DNA of 64,000 nt from Thalia democratica (taxonomy: Eukaryota): assembly GCA_965202585.1 (NCBI GenBank), contig OZ241832.1, positions 63,116,001 through 63,180,000 on the forward strand, given 5' to 3'. Below are positions 1-12,274 of the stretch, one piece after another (position 1 is the stretch's first letter; the number at the start of each line of letters is the position of its first letter). The translations under genes were made by a program, and so were the position numbers. The notes under the pieces were generated by a model that did not search any database, was not told the DNA's origin, and saw only the letters and a list, made by a program, of their open reading frames with translations.

Positions 1-60
1 TTTAAACTAGCAAACTTTATTTAAAATTTTAAAGAAAAATGATTTTATTTATAATATACA

Positions 61-1602
61 GATGTCTTTAATATTCGTTTGAAGGATTACAATTCAGGAT
101 GACTAAAGACAGATTAAAACTGTTTAAGATAGTATTTCTGATTCAAAAAGTAGCAACCCTACTCATGCGTGTTATTGGCATTTCAACCTGATTTTGTTTT
201 CGTTTTCAGAAAAGCATATCTAATATTAAGATTACCACTAGTTTTTATTTTTAATTAAAACTTCCTCAAGGTTTTTGAAAGTACACAGCTTTTGGTCTAT
301 TTTTAATTTAAAGTTAAGTTTAAGGTGAAAAACTGTGTTAAATAGTTTATTAAAATAAAAAGATACTTAAATGCTAATTCAAATGTGTTTATAAAAAAGT
401 TTTTGATAATGACAAAGTTTTTTTTATCTATATGTTAGATTTACTTCAAAAAAAAATTTTCTTACTTAATATGTAAACATTGTTTAAAATTTTATCTTAT
501 TTGCTGATTTTTGTTTAAAATTCTATAATGTTTTTGCCTAAATTGTCAAATTCCAGATTTCTAGGTAAAGTGGCAACCCTGTTATAATTATTCTCTCTAA
601 AAAAACATTTAACCTTTTGATTTAAACTTAGACTATTAAATAGTAGTCTTAATTTTTATTCTATCTGGGTTATAAAAGCTTTAACTAAAAAAAATTATAA
701 GAAGATTTATAATATAGGAGTTAAAAAAATATTTGTTTCTTTTCTTTAGCAAACACTCTTGAAATAGCATTTAAAAAGTATTTTATGTTTTGTATATAAC
801 AATATGTAATTTGAAATAACAAGTAAAACTTTAATATCCTATAAAGTGTAAAATTAGTTTTCAAATTATACAATTTTTGATACAATGAAAAAGTTTTTTT
901 TTTCAAATGTTTCACACTTCTTTAGTATTTTAATAAAGTTTAATAGTTCAATTAAAAATTGTTATTTATCATCTCTTATTAAATGTTTTTATATATTTTA
1001 TTATGCAGTTTGAATAGTCAAGGTTAGTTTAAGGTTTAAGTGTAAACTGTGACTAGTAATGATTTATTTTCAATAATCATGTTAGTTGAAATATTCTTTA
1101 CTAAACTTAATGAAATTAAATTCATTTTGAAATTAAATTCTTTATTTTGAAATTAAAACATTTTTTGGCCTTTAAATTATAAATATATCATAAACTTTTT
1201 GTCTGTTTGTTATAACTATGGTGTTTAAGGTGTTCAAACTTTATTAACATAATATTTTCCTGTGATTGAATCATACTTTAAATGAGATTTAATTGATTAA
1301 GTTTCAATATTTCGTTGTTGCATATTGATTTTTCTTTATTTAATTTTTTCTTTAATTTTTTTAATTAATTAAGAGTATAAATTAATTAATAGAATTTATT
1401 ATAAGTGGTGAAGTATTACTGCCACTAGAAGCTCTTTATATAAAATCCTTAGGTGAACAGAATATTTTTTTTGCAGTTAAGTGTGCATAGATTTTGATTA
1501 ACTTGAAGACCACTGATTTAAGTTATTACAAGCTTCTCTATAAATTACTTTCTGTACAAATTTTTAATTGATATAAAATAAGAAATTCCTTATTAGATTA
1601 AG
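61..1602 (+). repeat. Deleted direct copy of the block upstream of Kelch copy B (third copy of the segmental duplication unit)
   Basis: 61-1260 aligns by eye with about 11740-12900, about 1280-1335 with about 13795-13865, and about 1470-1600 with about 14640-14785, all in direct orientation. It then joins the BACK-domain codons of copy A directly. Confidence 0.85.
227..581. mobile_element. hAT-like MITE (CAGGGTTGCC / GGCAACCCTG termini), copy in duplication unit A
   Basis: Right end GTGGCAACCCTG at 570-581, decayed left end TAAGATTACCA at 227. Sits at the same position in the unit as the copies at 11885 and 28636. Confidence 0.7.
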
Positions 1603-2852
1603 ATGCAATATCTTCTGCAAGATCTTCACTTAACTGTTTTTAAATACATTGAACGTTGTTTAAGTATGATAGTTGAAACAGAGAGCTTTTTAGAGTTAGA
1701 TTTTTATACTGTCTCTAAAATACTTGGAAGTTCTAGCCTACAAATCGATTCAGAAGTTGAAGTTCAAAATGCTGCAAATAAATGGATAAATCATAACATA
1801 GAAGAACGTGGCAAATTTGCAAAACAATTATTATTAAAAGTTCGTCTAAATCTTTTATCAGATCACTGTTTGAAATATCTCATAAATTTTTCTTCGTGTT
1901 TTTCTAAGAATAATGATTGTCTTGAAGTGTTAGAAAATAGAGATAACTTTTATCAGAGTTTGTCTACTATTTATGATAAAGGTAGACACTGTAACCAAAA
2001 CATGTTTAATATTCTTATTTTTGGAGGTTTTGAGAGAAGTTTAAGAGAAACTTTTAAACAAGTAAAAGAATTTGGTCGAGTTAATTTCCCAGAACTACCT
2101 CTAATGTTAGAAAAACGATATTTTTCCAAAGCAGTTTGTCTAAAAGGAGAATTTTATGATTTTTGTGGATATAACATAGACGGTCGTGTAAAATCAGCTG
2201 AAAAATATTCATCTGTTTTTAAAAAATGGGTTAAAGTAACTGATATACCTGATGACCGTCAACTTTTTTGTGCCTGTACATTTATTGGTACCATTTTCCT
2301 ATTTGGTGGTCATACTAATGAATCTGGTTGTTTAAGTTCTTGTTTGCTATTTGATGTCAAAATGTTAAAATGGAAAAATGTTGCAAAAATGAACAAAACA
2401 AGATCACATGCAGCTTGTGCAATATAAGAAGAAAATATTGTTGTTTCAGGTGGATGTTATTATGTCAGTGATGTGAACACTGTAGAATTATATGATGTTT
2501 ATGTTGATAATTGGAAAAAATGACAAATATGATAGAAAGAAGAAGTGATCATAGTTTAGTTAGTGTTAAAAACAAATTGTTTGCAATTGGTAGTGGTGCG
2601 AGTTTAAACCCAAGTTATGAAGTTTTTGATAGAATTAGCAATATGTTTGTAACGTTTAAAACACCTAATATTCTTTCAAAAAACGTGAAAGCTGCAACGG
2701 TTGGAAGTAAAATATTTTTATTTCAATTTAATACTAAAGTTGTACTATATTATGATGTTGATAAAAATGAATGGTTAGAAAAATCTTGTGTAGCTACAGA
2801 AAATCTTAGTCATTATTCGAATGTCAAAGTGCCTTTCTATAAATATAACTAG
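1603..2852 (+). pseudogene. BACK-Kelch (KLHL-like) pseudogene, copy A, 5'-truncated
   Basis: BACK motifs YIERC, FLELDF, LQIDSEVEV and VRLNLL are followed by Kelch repeats (LFGG, YDV..W). In-frame TAA at 2425-2427 (GCA ATA TAA GAA GAA AAT ATT GTT GTT TCA GGT GGA), and a 1-nt frameshift in the A-run at 2515-2520. Exon 1 and the start of exon 2 are missing. Confidence 0.9.
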
Positions 2853-4261
2853 TATATAAAATGTGTAACTTTGTAGTGGTTTGAGAAAGTTTTATATTTA
2901 TTTTGCACTTATGAATTTAAATACGTAAAAGGATGAATAATAAAATTTGGTAACTAAAGTATATTTATTAGTCTTTCTATACATTTATTTAATTTAAATT
3001 TGCCATTTTTTACAAAGCTTATTTTTTAGTACTATAAATGATTTTTTCTAAGTCAAACAAACAAGTAACTCTAGATATGTACACTAATCAAATTGATAAG
3101 CATTATGTTTTGTATGGTGAATAACGATTCTTTATCCGTTGGAAACATTTTCTTTTATGAAACTTTATTTGATTTAGTATGTAAGAAAGTCTGGTTCTCA
3201 ACACAAACAAACGTTTCTAGTGAATAAAAAATAGAATGAGAGTTTTTCTGTTTCATAAATTTTACAAAACGTATATAATTTTTCTATATTTTTTTCTCTT
3301 TTAAGGTTCAATTACCAAAAAGAGTAGAGCTTATATTGTTTTCTTTGATTAAATAAACTCCACTAAGAATCCCATTTTTATAATCTGCTTATGTTTAAAT
3401 ATCAATTTGTTCTAACGTAAAGAAAATATTAATTCGATTTAATGCATAGAGTTAACTGTTGTTATTGTACTAATATGTATTTATAAATAAATTAATGTAG
3501 CTATACTATTGTATATATATATTAGTCTTCAGCTAATTTAAACACATAAAAGAACAGAAATTGAGTAAAAAACTATTGTGTATCACTTTTTAATATATGT
3601 AATTACTTTATACATTAATAAAAATAGAACAATTGAATTTAAATTTAAGAAAAACTATTACTACCAAAACTATTCTAATAACTTTTTTAAAATATGATTA
3701 GTATTACTTACATTCAGCTGATTGTTATCACTCGTAAGTAAAATTAGTAAAGCAATAATAATTGTAAATATTTTTTATTTATTAGTTTAAACACTTTGTC
3801 TGCTTTAAAAATAAAAGAGTATAATTTATTTTAATTGTAGCTTTCTAGTGAGCTAGTACGGTTAAAATTTTTTTTATAAAATAAAATATTCTTTTTCCAT
3901 TTATTTAATTTTAACTTGTACTGGAAGGTTAAGATTCGTATAAGATTGAAAATTAAGGCTAAATAAATTTTTAAGATAAGTTAAGTATTTAAGACTGGAA
4001 AACTACTTGTTTTCTTTTATTAAAAACAATGTTTGCAACTAAGCGTATTAATAAAAAAATTTTTAAATTCAAAACGGAGCTTAATTTTTAATATAATCTA
4101 AGTTTTAATTAAGAAAACCATACTTCCTACTCAATTAATAAAGGTTTTAAAATAGCATCACTTATTTTAAATTCTAAGAGATAATTTAATATTTAGAGTT
4201 ACGATAAGTTAGAAAAAAAAATTATATAAAAATATAGGTCTCATAATAAAAAAGTACTTAC

Positions 4262-4532
4262 TAAACTTTTGATGATTCCATAGATCCCAACATTTAATCT
4301 TTTTTCTTTTTTTGTTTAACTTTCCGTGAAGTTTAACTTCCACTGCTTTGTCTACCATTGACTTTTTGGTGTATTTCCCAGTTTTTTTAACCAATTTGAG
4401 ATTTACTATTTGCTTAAAAGCCGATAATACTTTTCTTATAGTGACGTCATGATTTGTTTCAAGTTGACTAGACAGGAAAGCATTTATTAGCAATAAATCG
4501 TAGTTGCTTTGAACCTTAAAAGATTTGACCAT
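4262..4532 (-). CDS. Candidate first coding exon of an unknown gene
   Basis: ATG at 4532 and 90 open codons with higher GC than the flanks. Ends at a canonical GTAAGT donor (4261-4256, phase 1). TATA-like and TGACGT motifs lie upstream. No recognisable domain. Confidence 0.3.
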
Positions 4533-4779
4533 CTCCTCCGTGTAGTAAAAAAATAAAATCTAACACATACGTCACACGTTGTTTACTATATAAGACTGTC
4601 TATATACGATTTGTGTAGTCACCGAAATATTTTTGTAAACTTATCTAATTAAATTGTCAACTGATCGGTGGATAGAGTTTATTTTCATATTTTTACATAT
4701 CTACTTTAAATTAAAGTTTAACTACAAATATTAAGTTTTTGATACACAAATACTTTTTACAAAATCTGCTGACAATATA

Positions 4780-5130
4780 TAACATTATAGTATTAATAGA
4801 TACAGTAATTTAAACTATCTACATTCTAAGTTTTTGAAACAGCTTTAAACTAATAGATTTGAATTAAACTTCAACACTTAACAAAAGCTTCGCGTTAAAA
4901 CAATGCTTAAACTAAAATAATTGATAAACTTAATAGACTTTAACAATAATGTTTAATAACAATGTTTTCGAATTACTAACGGTCGCTCAGTGCTAATTTA
5001 CTTAATCCTGCCTGGTTAGTTGCTCATAGCTGTTTTTCTCTTAAGTATAATGTTAATTTCTGATAAGCGTGATTAGGACGAAACCGGTCGTGGATTGTCT
5101 TGCATTCTGTTGTCGTTGTTGTTGTTGGTA
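4780..5130 (+). mobile_element. Possible decayed Penelope-like element 3' end with a degenerate hammerhead ribozyme
   Basis: GGACGAAACCGGTCGTGGATTGTCT (5076-5100) matches the hammerhead of the 43-44 kb array. Core mutated to CTGATAA (5060-5066); CCTGCCTG at 5007-5014 is separated from it by about 46 nt. Upstream frameshifted KFLETAL..IDL..STLN-like peptide resembles a GIY-YIG C-terminus (weak). Confidence 0.5.
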
Positions 5131-7449
5131 GTTAAGTTGAGTTTATAATTTATTACTGATGCAGAAAAAACAAAAACTATATTGACGATGACAAAACTGG
5201 GTACTGTTAATTTATATATAAATATTGCTTAAAAATTTATATTTTTTATTTTTACCTTATGATCTATTTTCATTTGTGCAATTTAGTTGTACTAAATAAA
5301 CTAAATTCAAAACAAACATTTTTATTGAATATTTGTAATTTTTTAACTAATACAAGTTATCGAAAACCACTATCATCTCAAAATCTTAAGTACTACTTAT
5401 ATAAATTCTCTCAAGAAGTAACTAAAAAAAGAGTAATTCGTTTAAGAAAACACTTGTTATAAGATTAAAATTTTTGACTCTTTACAATAAAAAGTTATCC
5501 AAACTTTTTAAAACAGTTTGCAACTTTGTAAATATTAATCTGAAATAAAAGTTCTTTGCACTTTATTAATACAATTACTTTGTTGCATAGAATAAGATGT
5601 AAGAAAGTTTCACAACTTAATAATTTTGTTTAGGTGCTTTTCACTAATTATGTTTCAAATGTTAAATTAAAATCTACTTGAAAGTTATATGTTTTAAAGC
5701 TAATTTTTTAGATTTCTTATAGGAAGTCGCAACACAAAAACTCGAGCATGTAATTCAAAGTTAAACATTTTTTATTCTGTCTTCCGCGCTGTTTATTTAT
5801 GGAATTCTAATACTTTTGATCTAGAGTAGCTTTATTTAAGTTTATTGTTTTAGTTTATAAACAAGAAAGCATTTGAAAGCTTTTCTATTCAATTCATAGT
5901 TAGTAGCTTTTATAAAATCGGTTATATTACTGTGAAACATATAAAACTAAACAAAAACTATTTGAATACTTTGTTTTCTTTGAAGTCTCTAGTATGTATA
6001 AAAGTTTTTGTAGATTTTAAAAATTTAAACGTCTTAATAACCATACCGGACTATAAAAAAGTCTTTAAGTGTCTTTCATTCATATGTTCAGTAATATTGT
6101 TTTCTTTATACTTTGCTAAAGGTTGGTTATAAATTTAAGAATAAAATTCTAAACTTTTTATTTTTACTTTAAGTTCAAAGTTTTAGTGTAAATGTAATAA
6201 AATTCCAGCTTCACTTTCTGTTCCATTTGGTTTAATACTGAATAGTATAAAATCAGTCAAGCAAACAATTTTTTTCGGTATAAAATTGAAGAAAATTGAA
6301 AACATAGCTATGTAAATCAGCCATAGAAAGTGTAAAGAGATTTGATTCAAGACCTTCAAGATTATTTATAATCTTAACCTAGTTGCTATTTATTTAGTTG
6401 ATAGTGAAATAGTTTTTTTCATTCAATTTTTTCTTTTAATTTAAATGTCCCTAAAAAAGTTCAAAATGTTTAAAGCCAAAGTAGTCTTATGAGATAAAAA
6501 AACAGTAGTTTTAAATCTTTCTACATTTATGTATTAAAATTATTTTATACCTGATCTATACTGTAGTTGCTTGATAGGATTTTTTGAAGATTTTTTTGCA
6601 AATCTCAGGCTAAATAGGTCGGTTTCAAAATATAAAATTTTGCGACCTTAAACTTTCTTTTTTTAAAAATTATCTACTATTTTATAGCTAACTAGTTCTT
6701 ATGTTATATCAGGGGTCGGCAAACTGCGGCCCGCGGGCCAATTGCGGCCCGCGGGCCAATTGCGGCCCGCAAAGGGTAAATCTGCGGCCCGCGAGCACGT
6801 TATTTTTTTGAATGGACTGCGGCCCGCGAAAGAAAATTTTGTGGCCCGCGAGCATGTGAACGTGGCCCGCTGAGCAAAAATATATTTCAAGTTAAATTTT
6901 TTTCGGTAATTCGATTTAGTTTGATTAGTTTGGTTTTAAATCTCTGTATAATATTTTAAAATAATTAGAAGAAACTACTGCTTTAGTTTAAAAATGTGAA
7001 AAAGCCAGATTAGCATTCTAAGAGGACATTTTAATCAGTTTCATAATAACTTCTTTTTACAACAGCAAGTAAATATTTAAAAAAAAGATTGTACAGAGTG
7101 CTTGGATTTACCAAGTTGGCTATATAATACCTATTTATTAAATAAATAAATGCAAATGTTTTCCATTTTATGCAAGAGTATTGCACAGTAATTAAGTAAA
7201 GTATCGTTTTTTAATAGCTTAGATATACTTTTTCAATATTTTTTATATCTCAGTTTCTTTTATAGACTTTTTATTTGTAAATGTTATATTTTAGTGTAAC
7301 AATATTTAAAATAACACAGTGATAAGAAATAACGTTTATTTGATTTTTGTTTTGACATACTTTATTTTTTTATAAGTTTTCTATGCACTTTAAATTATTT
7401 TCTATACACACCAACTTAAAAAGTAGCTCATATTTTAAACCACTTTTTT

Positions 7450-9150
7450 TAAAATACTTTAATTAGTTTAAGTTTAATTTATGCATAATTTTCTAACATT
7501 GTTGTTTCTACATGTAATACCTAAATTTGTACAGACACATTTAAAACGATATATATGATATAAATTAATATAGTTTTTGCTAGGGTTTTCATTTTCATTG
7601 TTCAATCATTGGTTTTGTCAAACTAAGTTAATTTTTATGCCTTGCATATTAATTTACACAATTGCTGTTTTTTGGATCTACCATTTAATATAAACTAGAT
7701 TTAGGGATGTCAAATTTATTAAGTTTGTACATTATTAATCAAAGTAGTTCAAATTCAAGCGAATGAACAACTAAATATTACCACACATCCGACTATCACT
7801 ATTTGAAGACTTAAAATCTCAGGCCAACTTATTCATTTTTTAAGTTTTTGGCTAGAATTGCTTTTTGTATACAAAAATATCAGGAATGTTTTTGTTGACT
7901 CAGACTCGCTTTTTTGCATGAAAGAGTGGCAATTTAAACTTATGATGTATGTTTTTCTCACTCAACAGTGTTAGTTTGAGTTATAATATCTGTTAAAGTT
8001 TAAGTCTTGCAGCTGATATAGTACAAAATATTATTTATATTATTGTGTACATTTAAGTGTGAACAATCAGTGTTGCCTAAAAACGTGAATCCCGGAAAAG
8101 CTTTGAATTTGAACATTTATGCTTAAAAATTCTGGAAAAAAACTTGAATTTGAGAATTTTTGATAAACCTGGAAACTCAAACAAAATTTACACGTAAAAT
8201 AGTTAAGTTTCGATTTGACACAAAAAAATTACCAAATAAATATTTTTTTATTGAAAAATTTATTAAAGTAGCTTAACAGTATTTTTTAATATTGATATAT
8301 ATATTTTTTAAACACTTTTTCAACTTTAATTAAACTTTATACTAAAAATAAAAGAAGAAATTGTACTTCCAAAAACTTTGTATTGGTGCATTGCACCTTT
8401 ACTTGTAAAATTTCACCGATTGTTGTGCTTCGCGTTGGAACTATACCAAGAAATTATACTAAAATGTCAAAATTAGTAAAAACAACTCTAGTAAAAATTC
8501 TCAGATGAGCATTAGTTTTTTCTATCAGTGCTCTCATCTTAACAGATTTATTAAAGTCTTAATTTGATTTATTCGACTTTATAATCTTAATGCATTTCCA
8601 AAACACGACTTCTTGTTGTCATTAAAGAAATAAACAAAAGTTTTTCATTACCGCCAACATAAATTCTTTAAAAAAGTTTTCAATTATAAACGGTATCTCA
8701 TTTTAATTAATAAATTTTGCTACTTTATAACTTGCCTTAAAAATTTTTTCTGACAATTCTGTAGTTACTGAAGATGATCATGTGCTTTGTTGGAACTGAC
8801 TTTGGTGATTTGTTTTTTTATCATTTGTCGCAATGACTCCCAACTAACGTTTTTTTATTCTTGTAGCTTGTCTTATATTTTCCAGTACTAATTTTAAATG
8901 CAATATTTTTATTGCAGATAAAGAATTGCTATAATGCTTAATAAAAAATATTTTTTTACTTCGTTAATGACCCAATAAAGTTTTATACTTTCGTTAAACT
9001 TTTATAAGAAACTTAATTGTCCATTCCAGGTGACCAATCTTTTTTTGGCATGTAATTTATTTACTGTTAATAACCTTCGTTATTTATTTATGTTGTAAAC
9101 TTTATTTTAACTGGGTTTCCACACAAACAGGCTATTTTAAAAGCTTTAAA
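7450..9150 (-). pseudogene. Degenerate hAT (Charlie/GTF2IRD2-like) transposase
   Basis: Broken minus-strand peptides in the expected order: ICNKNIAF, SEKIFKASYKVAKF..PF....KEFMLAV, DESTD...AHLRIFTRV...FD....FLGIVP..STTIGE, then QKAILAKNLKMN. Many stops and frameshifts; ends approximate. Confidence 0.8.
8068..8345. mobile_element. hAT-like MITE fragment nested in the Charlie element
   Basis: Starts CAGTGTTGCC and continues like the 28636 and 33826 copies. Another end fragment (GTGGCAACCATG) ends at 9412. Confidence 0.65.
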
Positions 9151-10079
9151 GCTTAGGTTTATGTGAAATTTTTGTTTCAAACACTTTAAAAAAATCTTTC
9201 AATTCTCAGAATAGTTTTTATGACTGCAGTGTAGTTTACTAATTGTAATTTTTTATTGTTTTCTTACACTTTGTGTACTTTTTGATAATTATGATATCTT
9301 AAATAGGTATTTAAGCTTGATTAACAACTATTTATTAGCTTTTTAAACTTTTAATAAACTTAGGCTGATTTAATACAACTCAGACATTTTTGCTTTTCAA
9401 GTGGCAACCATGTAAAACACTAACTACTAATAAGATATTTTTCAAAGTGTTCGAGAATTAATTATGCTAAAGAATTTGTTTCAGCTTTCTGGAATAAAAA
9501 AAAAGTAATTATTTATTAAGTTAACTAATTACTAAATTTTTAAGTGATTGTTAATTATTTAACACGCAAAAACTTTTTTTTAAAGTAAGTATTTTTAGAA
9601 ATATGAAAAAAGGGCTGATAATATATCAAATGTATAAAAGTAACCCATAAACTGTCTTTAAAGTTAGGTTTTTATAGAGAGTTAGGTTGTAAATAAAATT
9701 ACATAAGTATTAAGTTGAACTTATTAAGTGCTTATAAAAGTACATAGTTTTTTAACACTTAAGTATATTAGTCAACGTAAATTCTTTTCTATCAAATATT
9801 AATTTATATAGGCATTATATGTATAGCTAAAAGTCATTTAAAGTGATAAGGTGAATAAAAGTAAAACTTTTCTCTACTGTGACTAAAACTAAAACCAAAA
9901 GATTATTCAAATGTCACTAAAACTAAAACTGCGGCCCGCCAAGACTTTATAAACTTGAAATTTGGCCCGCGATCACCAATTGCCTGCCGACCCCTGTGTT
10001 ATATGAAGAAAAAGGGATTTACCCTTGATTAACTGTATATTTTCCATTTTATAAAGCTTGTCTTTCATTATTCGTCTTT

Positions 10080-11860
10080 TTTTTGAAAAAAAGTCATGAC
10101 AGACTCAGGCTAGATTTGCTTAACTCAGACTAATATTTTATTCTAAAAAACTGCAATTCTGTTTATAATTTAATTTAGGTTTTATTATGAGTCAGGACTG
10201 TTAAAACTTTTCTTTAAAATACAATCTGACTTAGGATGTCTTTTTTTTTGCAAAACTTAAACTAATTTTAATATATTTGTCAAATCTCTATATGCTTTTA
10301 AGACACAGATATTTAAAGTCTTTTTTTTTACTTTACGTCTAATTTAGCTGATTACATTGATAATAATGTTTTTTTTCAGAATAGATTAGCTTTATACTTT
10401 TCCAGCTTTTTCTAAAATTTAAAATACCCATGCTGGTTTGATGTAACTCATGCTAGGTTGTCACACACTCAGGATAACTTGGGTTAGTTAAAGTGTTTTG
10501 GATTTTAAGGATAATTTGGTATATTTCAGGCTAATTTAGATTAGTTTATAATTAAAAAACCACTCAAAATAACTCGGGACAGCTTAATTTTTTAAATAAA
10601 AAACTCAGCTTAATTTCAAAAATGTTTGAAAATTTTTATCTATACTTCTAGATCTTAAATGAGATCTTTTTGAATTGATTCAATTTTGTAGTTTTCTCTA
10701 GCCAGTTTTGTTTAAATTGTTTTATTAAACACTATATCTAAGTTAAGAAATATTTGTAAATAACCTTATTTAAAGGATTAAAACTCAGGATTAATCAGGA
10801 CAGTTCAAAACTGTTTAAGATAGTATTTTAGAGTTAAAAAGTAGATATCCTGCTCATGCTCCTTATTGCTTCTCAGATTGTTTTTTTTTTGTTTTAAATA
10901 AGGCAAAGCTTTTATTATGTTGGTTAAATCATTAAATCATTAAATAATTTGAGTTTAAGTTAAACTACTAATCAGGAATTATAATTAAAATTCTATGCAA
11001 GTTGATATGTTAACTCTAAAAAATGGCAACTATGTTAATTTTCAGTTTTAGGTTATATTATGAGTCAGGGTTGCTTTTCACTTAAGCTAATTAAATCTTT
11101 TTTATAAGTACAATCTGACTAAGAATGTCTTTTGCAAAACTTAAGCTAGTTTTGATTTTTTATTAAACATCTTAAAACGCTTAAACGACTTATAGTTTAG
11201 ACTTTCAAAGTTTGTTTTACTATTTAAGGTCTAACTAAACTTATTATATTAACGATAATTTTAAGCATTATGGGATGATAAGCTTTTTACTATTACATTA
11301 TTTTTACTTTCTTGTTATTTAAAACTCTAGATGCCCCTTGCTAGTTTGATGTTGGGATTGTCCCACACTCAGAATAAATAAGGTTACTTAAATTTTTTGG
11401 AAATTTTTTTTGGTATATTTTAGGTTATCATAGAATACTTAAATTAAAAAAAACACTAATAATAAATCAGGTAAACTTTTTTAATAAAAAACTTAGCATG
11501 CTTTCAATTTTTTTTTTTAAATTCTGTCAAGGGTTTTATTTAAATCTTGTAGATTTTTTTTTGATTTAGTTTCAATATTGTGATATTTCTAGCATGTTTG
11601 CAAAATGTAAGAAACACACATTTTTCAACTCTTATATTATAACTCTTTAGATAAATGTTTTTAAATAAGCAAACTTTTTTAAAAATCTTTTAAAAAAATA
11701 ACTTCAATTAAAAAAATATATGCTTTACTGTTCTTTTAAAGGATTACGATTCAGGATGACTTAGGACAGATTAAAATAATTTAAGATAGTATTTCTATAT
11801 CAAAAAGTAGCAACCATACTCATGCTCCTTATTGGCTACTTAGTCTGATTTTAGTTTGGA
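10080..11860. repeat. Diverged tandem duplication (about 0.9-1 kb unit) of a CTCAG/CTGAG-rich dispersed repeat
   Basis: 10140-10620 matches 11040-11500 and 10780-10880 matches 11740-11850; mirrored at about 29000-30750. Fragments also occur at about 33230-33290 and 51575-51660. Confidence 0.7.
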
Positions 11861-11884
11861 TTTTCAGAAAGGCACAGCTAATAA

Positions 11885-12274
11885 CAGAATTGCAATTGGT
11901 TTATCAACATTTTTTCCAGATATTGACAATTTCCTCCAGGCTCTTAAAAGTGTACCATTTTGGGTCTATTTTTAGTTTAATATTAAGTTTAAGGTATAAA
12001 ACTGTATTAAGTAGTATAAAAACAGAAAAGATACTGTATGCTACTTCAAATGTTTTAAAAAAATGAAAGTGACAAAAAATTTCTTATGTAGATGGTAACA
12101 TTTTTGTGTAAATAAAAATGTTTATACTTTACATGTAAAAATTGTTTGAAATTTTAGATTTTTTTGTGATTTTTGTTCAAAATTCCAGGTTTCATTCAAA
12201 ACTTTTCAAAATCCGGATTTTATTTTGCCTGATTTGTCAAATTTGAGATTTTTCGAGGTAAAGTGGCAACCCTG
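11885..12274. mobile_element. hAT-like MITE, copy in duplication unit B
   Basis: CAGAATTGCA...GTGGCAACCCTG termini with TAATAA on both sides. Same position in the unit as 227-581 and 28636-28990. Confidence 0.75.

Larger units (their letters stand above)
6710..9996 (-). mobile_element. Decayed Charlie/SPIN-type hAT DNA transposon (3287 bp)
   Basis: 12-bp perfect TIR CAGGGGTCGGCA, perfect 8-bp TSD TGTTATAT (6702-6709 and 9997-10004) and subterminal GCGGCCCGC repeats. Paralogous empty site at about 30840-30860. Confidence 0.95.

Noticed and set aside
5620-5670. FCLG...SNV resemblance to the missing Smad MH2 exon
   Set aside because: Wrong spacing, an in-frame stop, low complexity and no splice sites.
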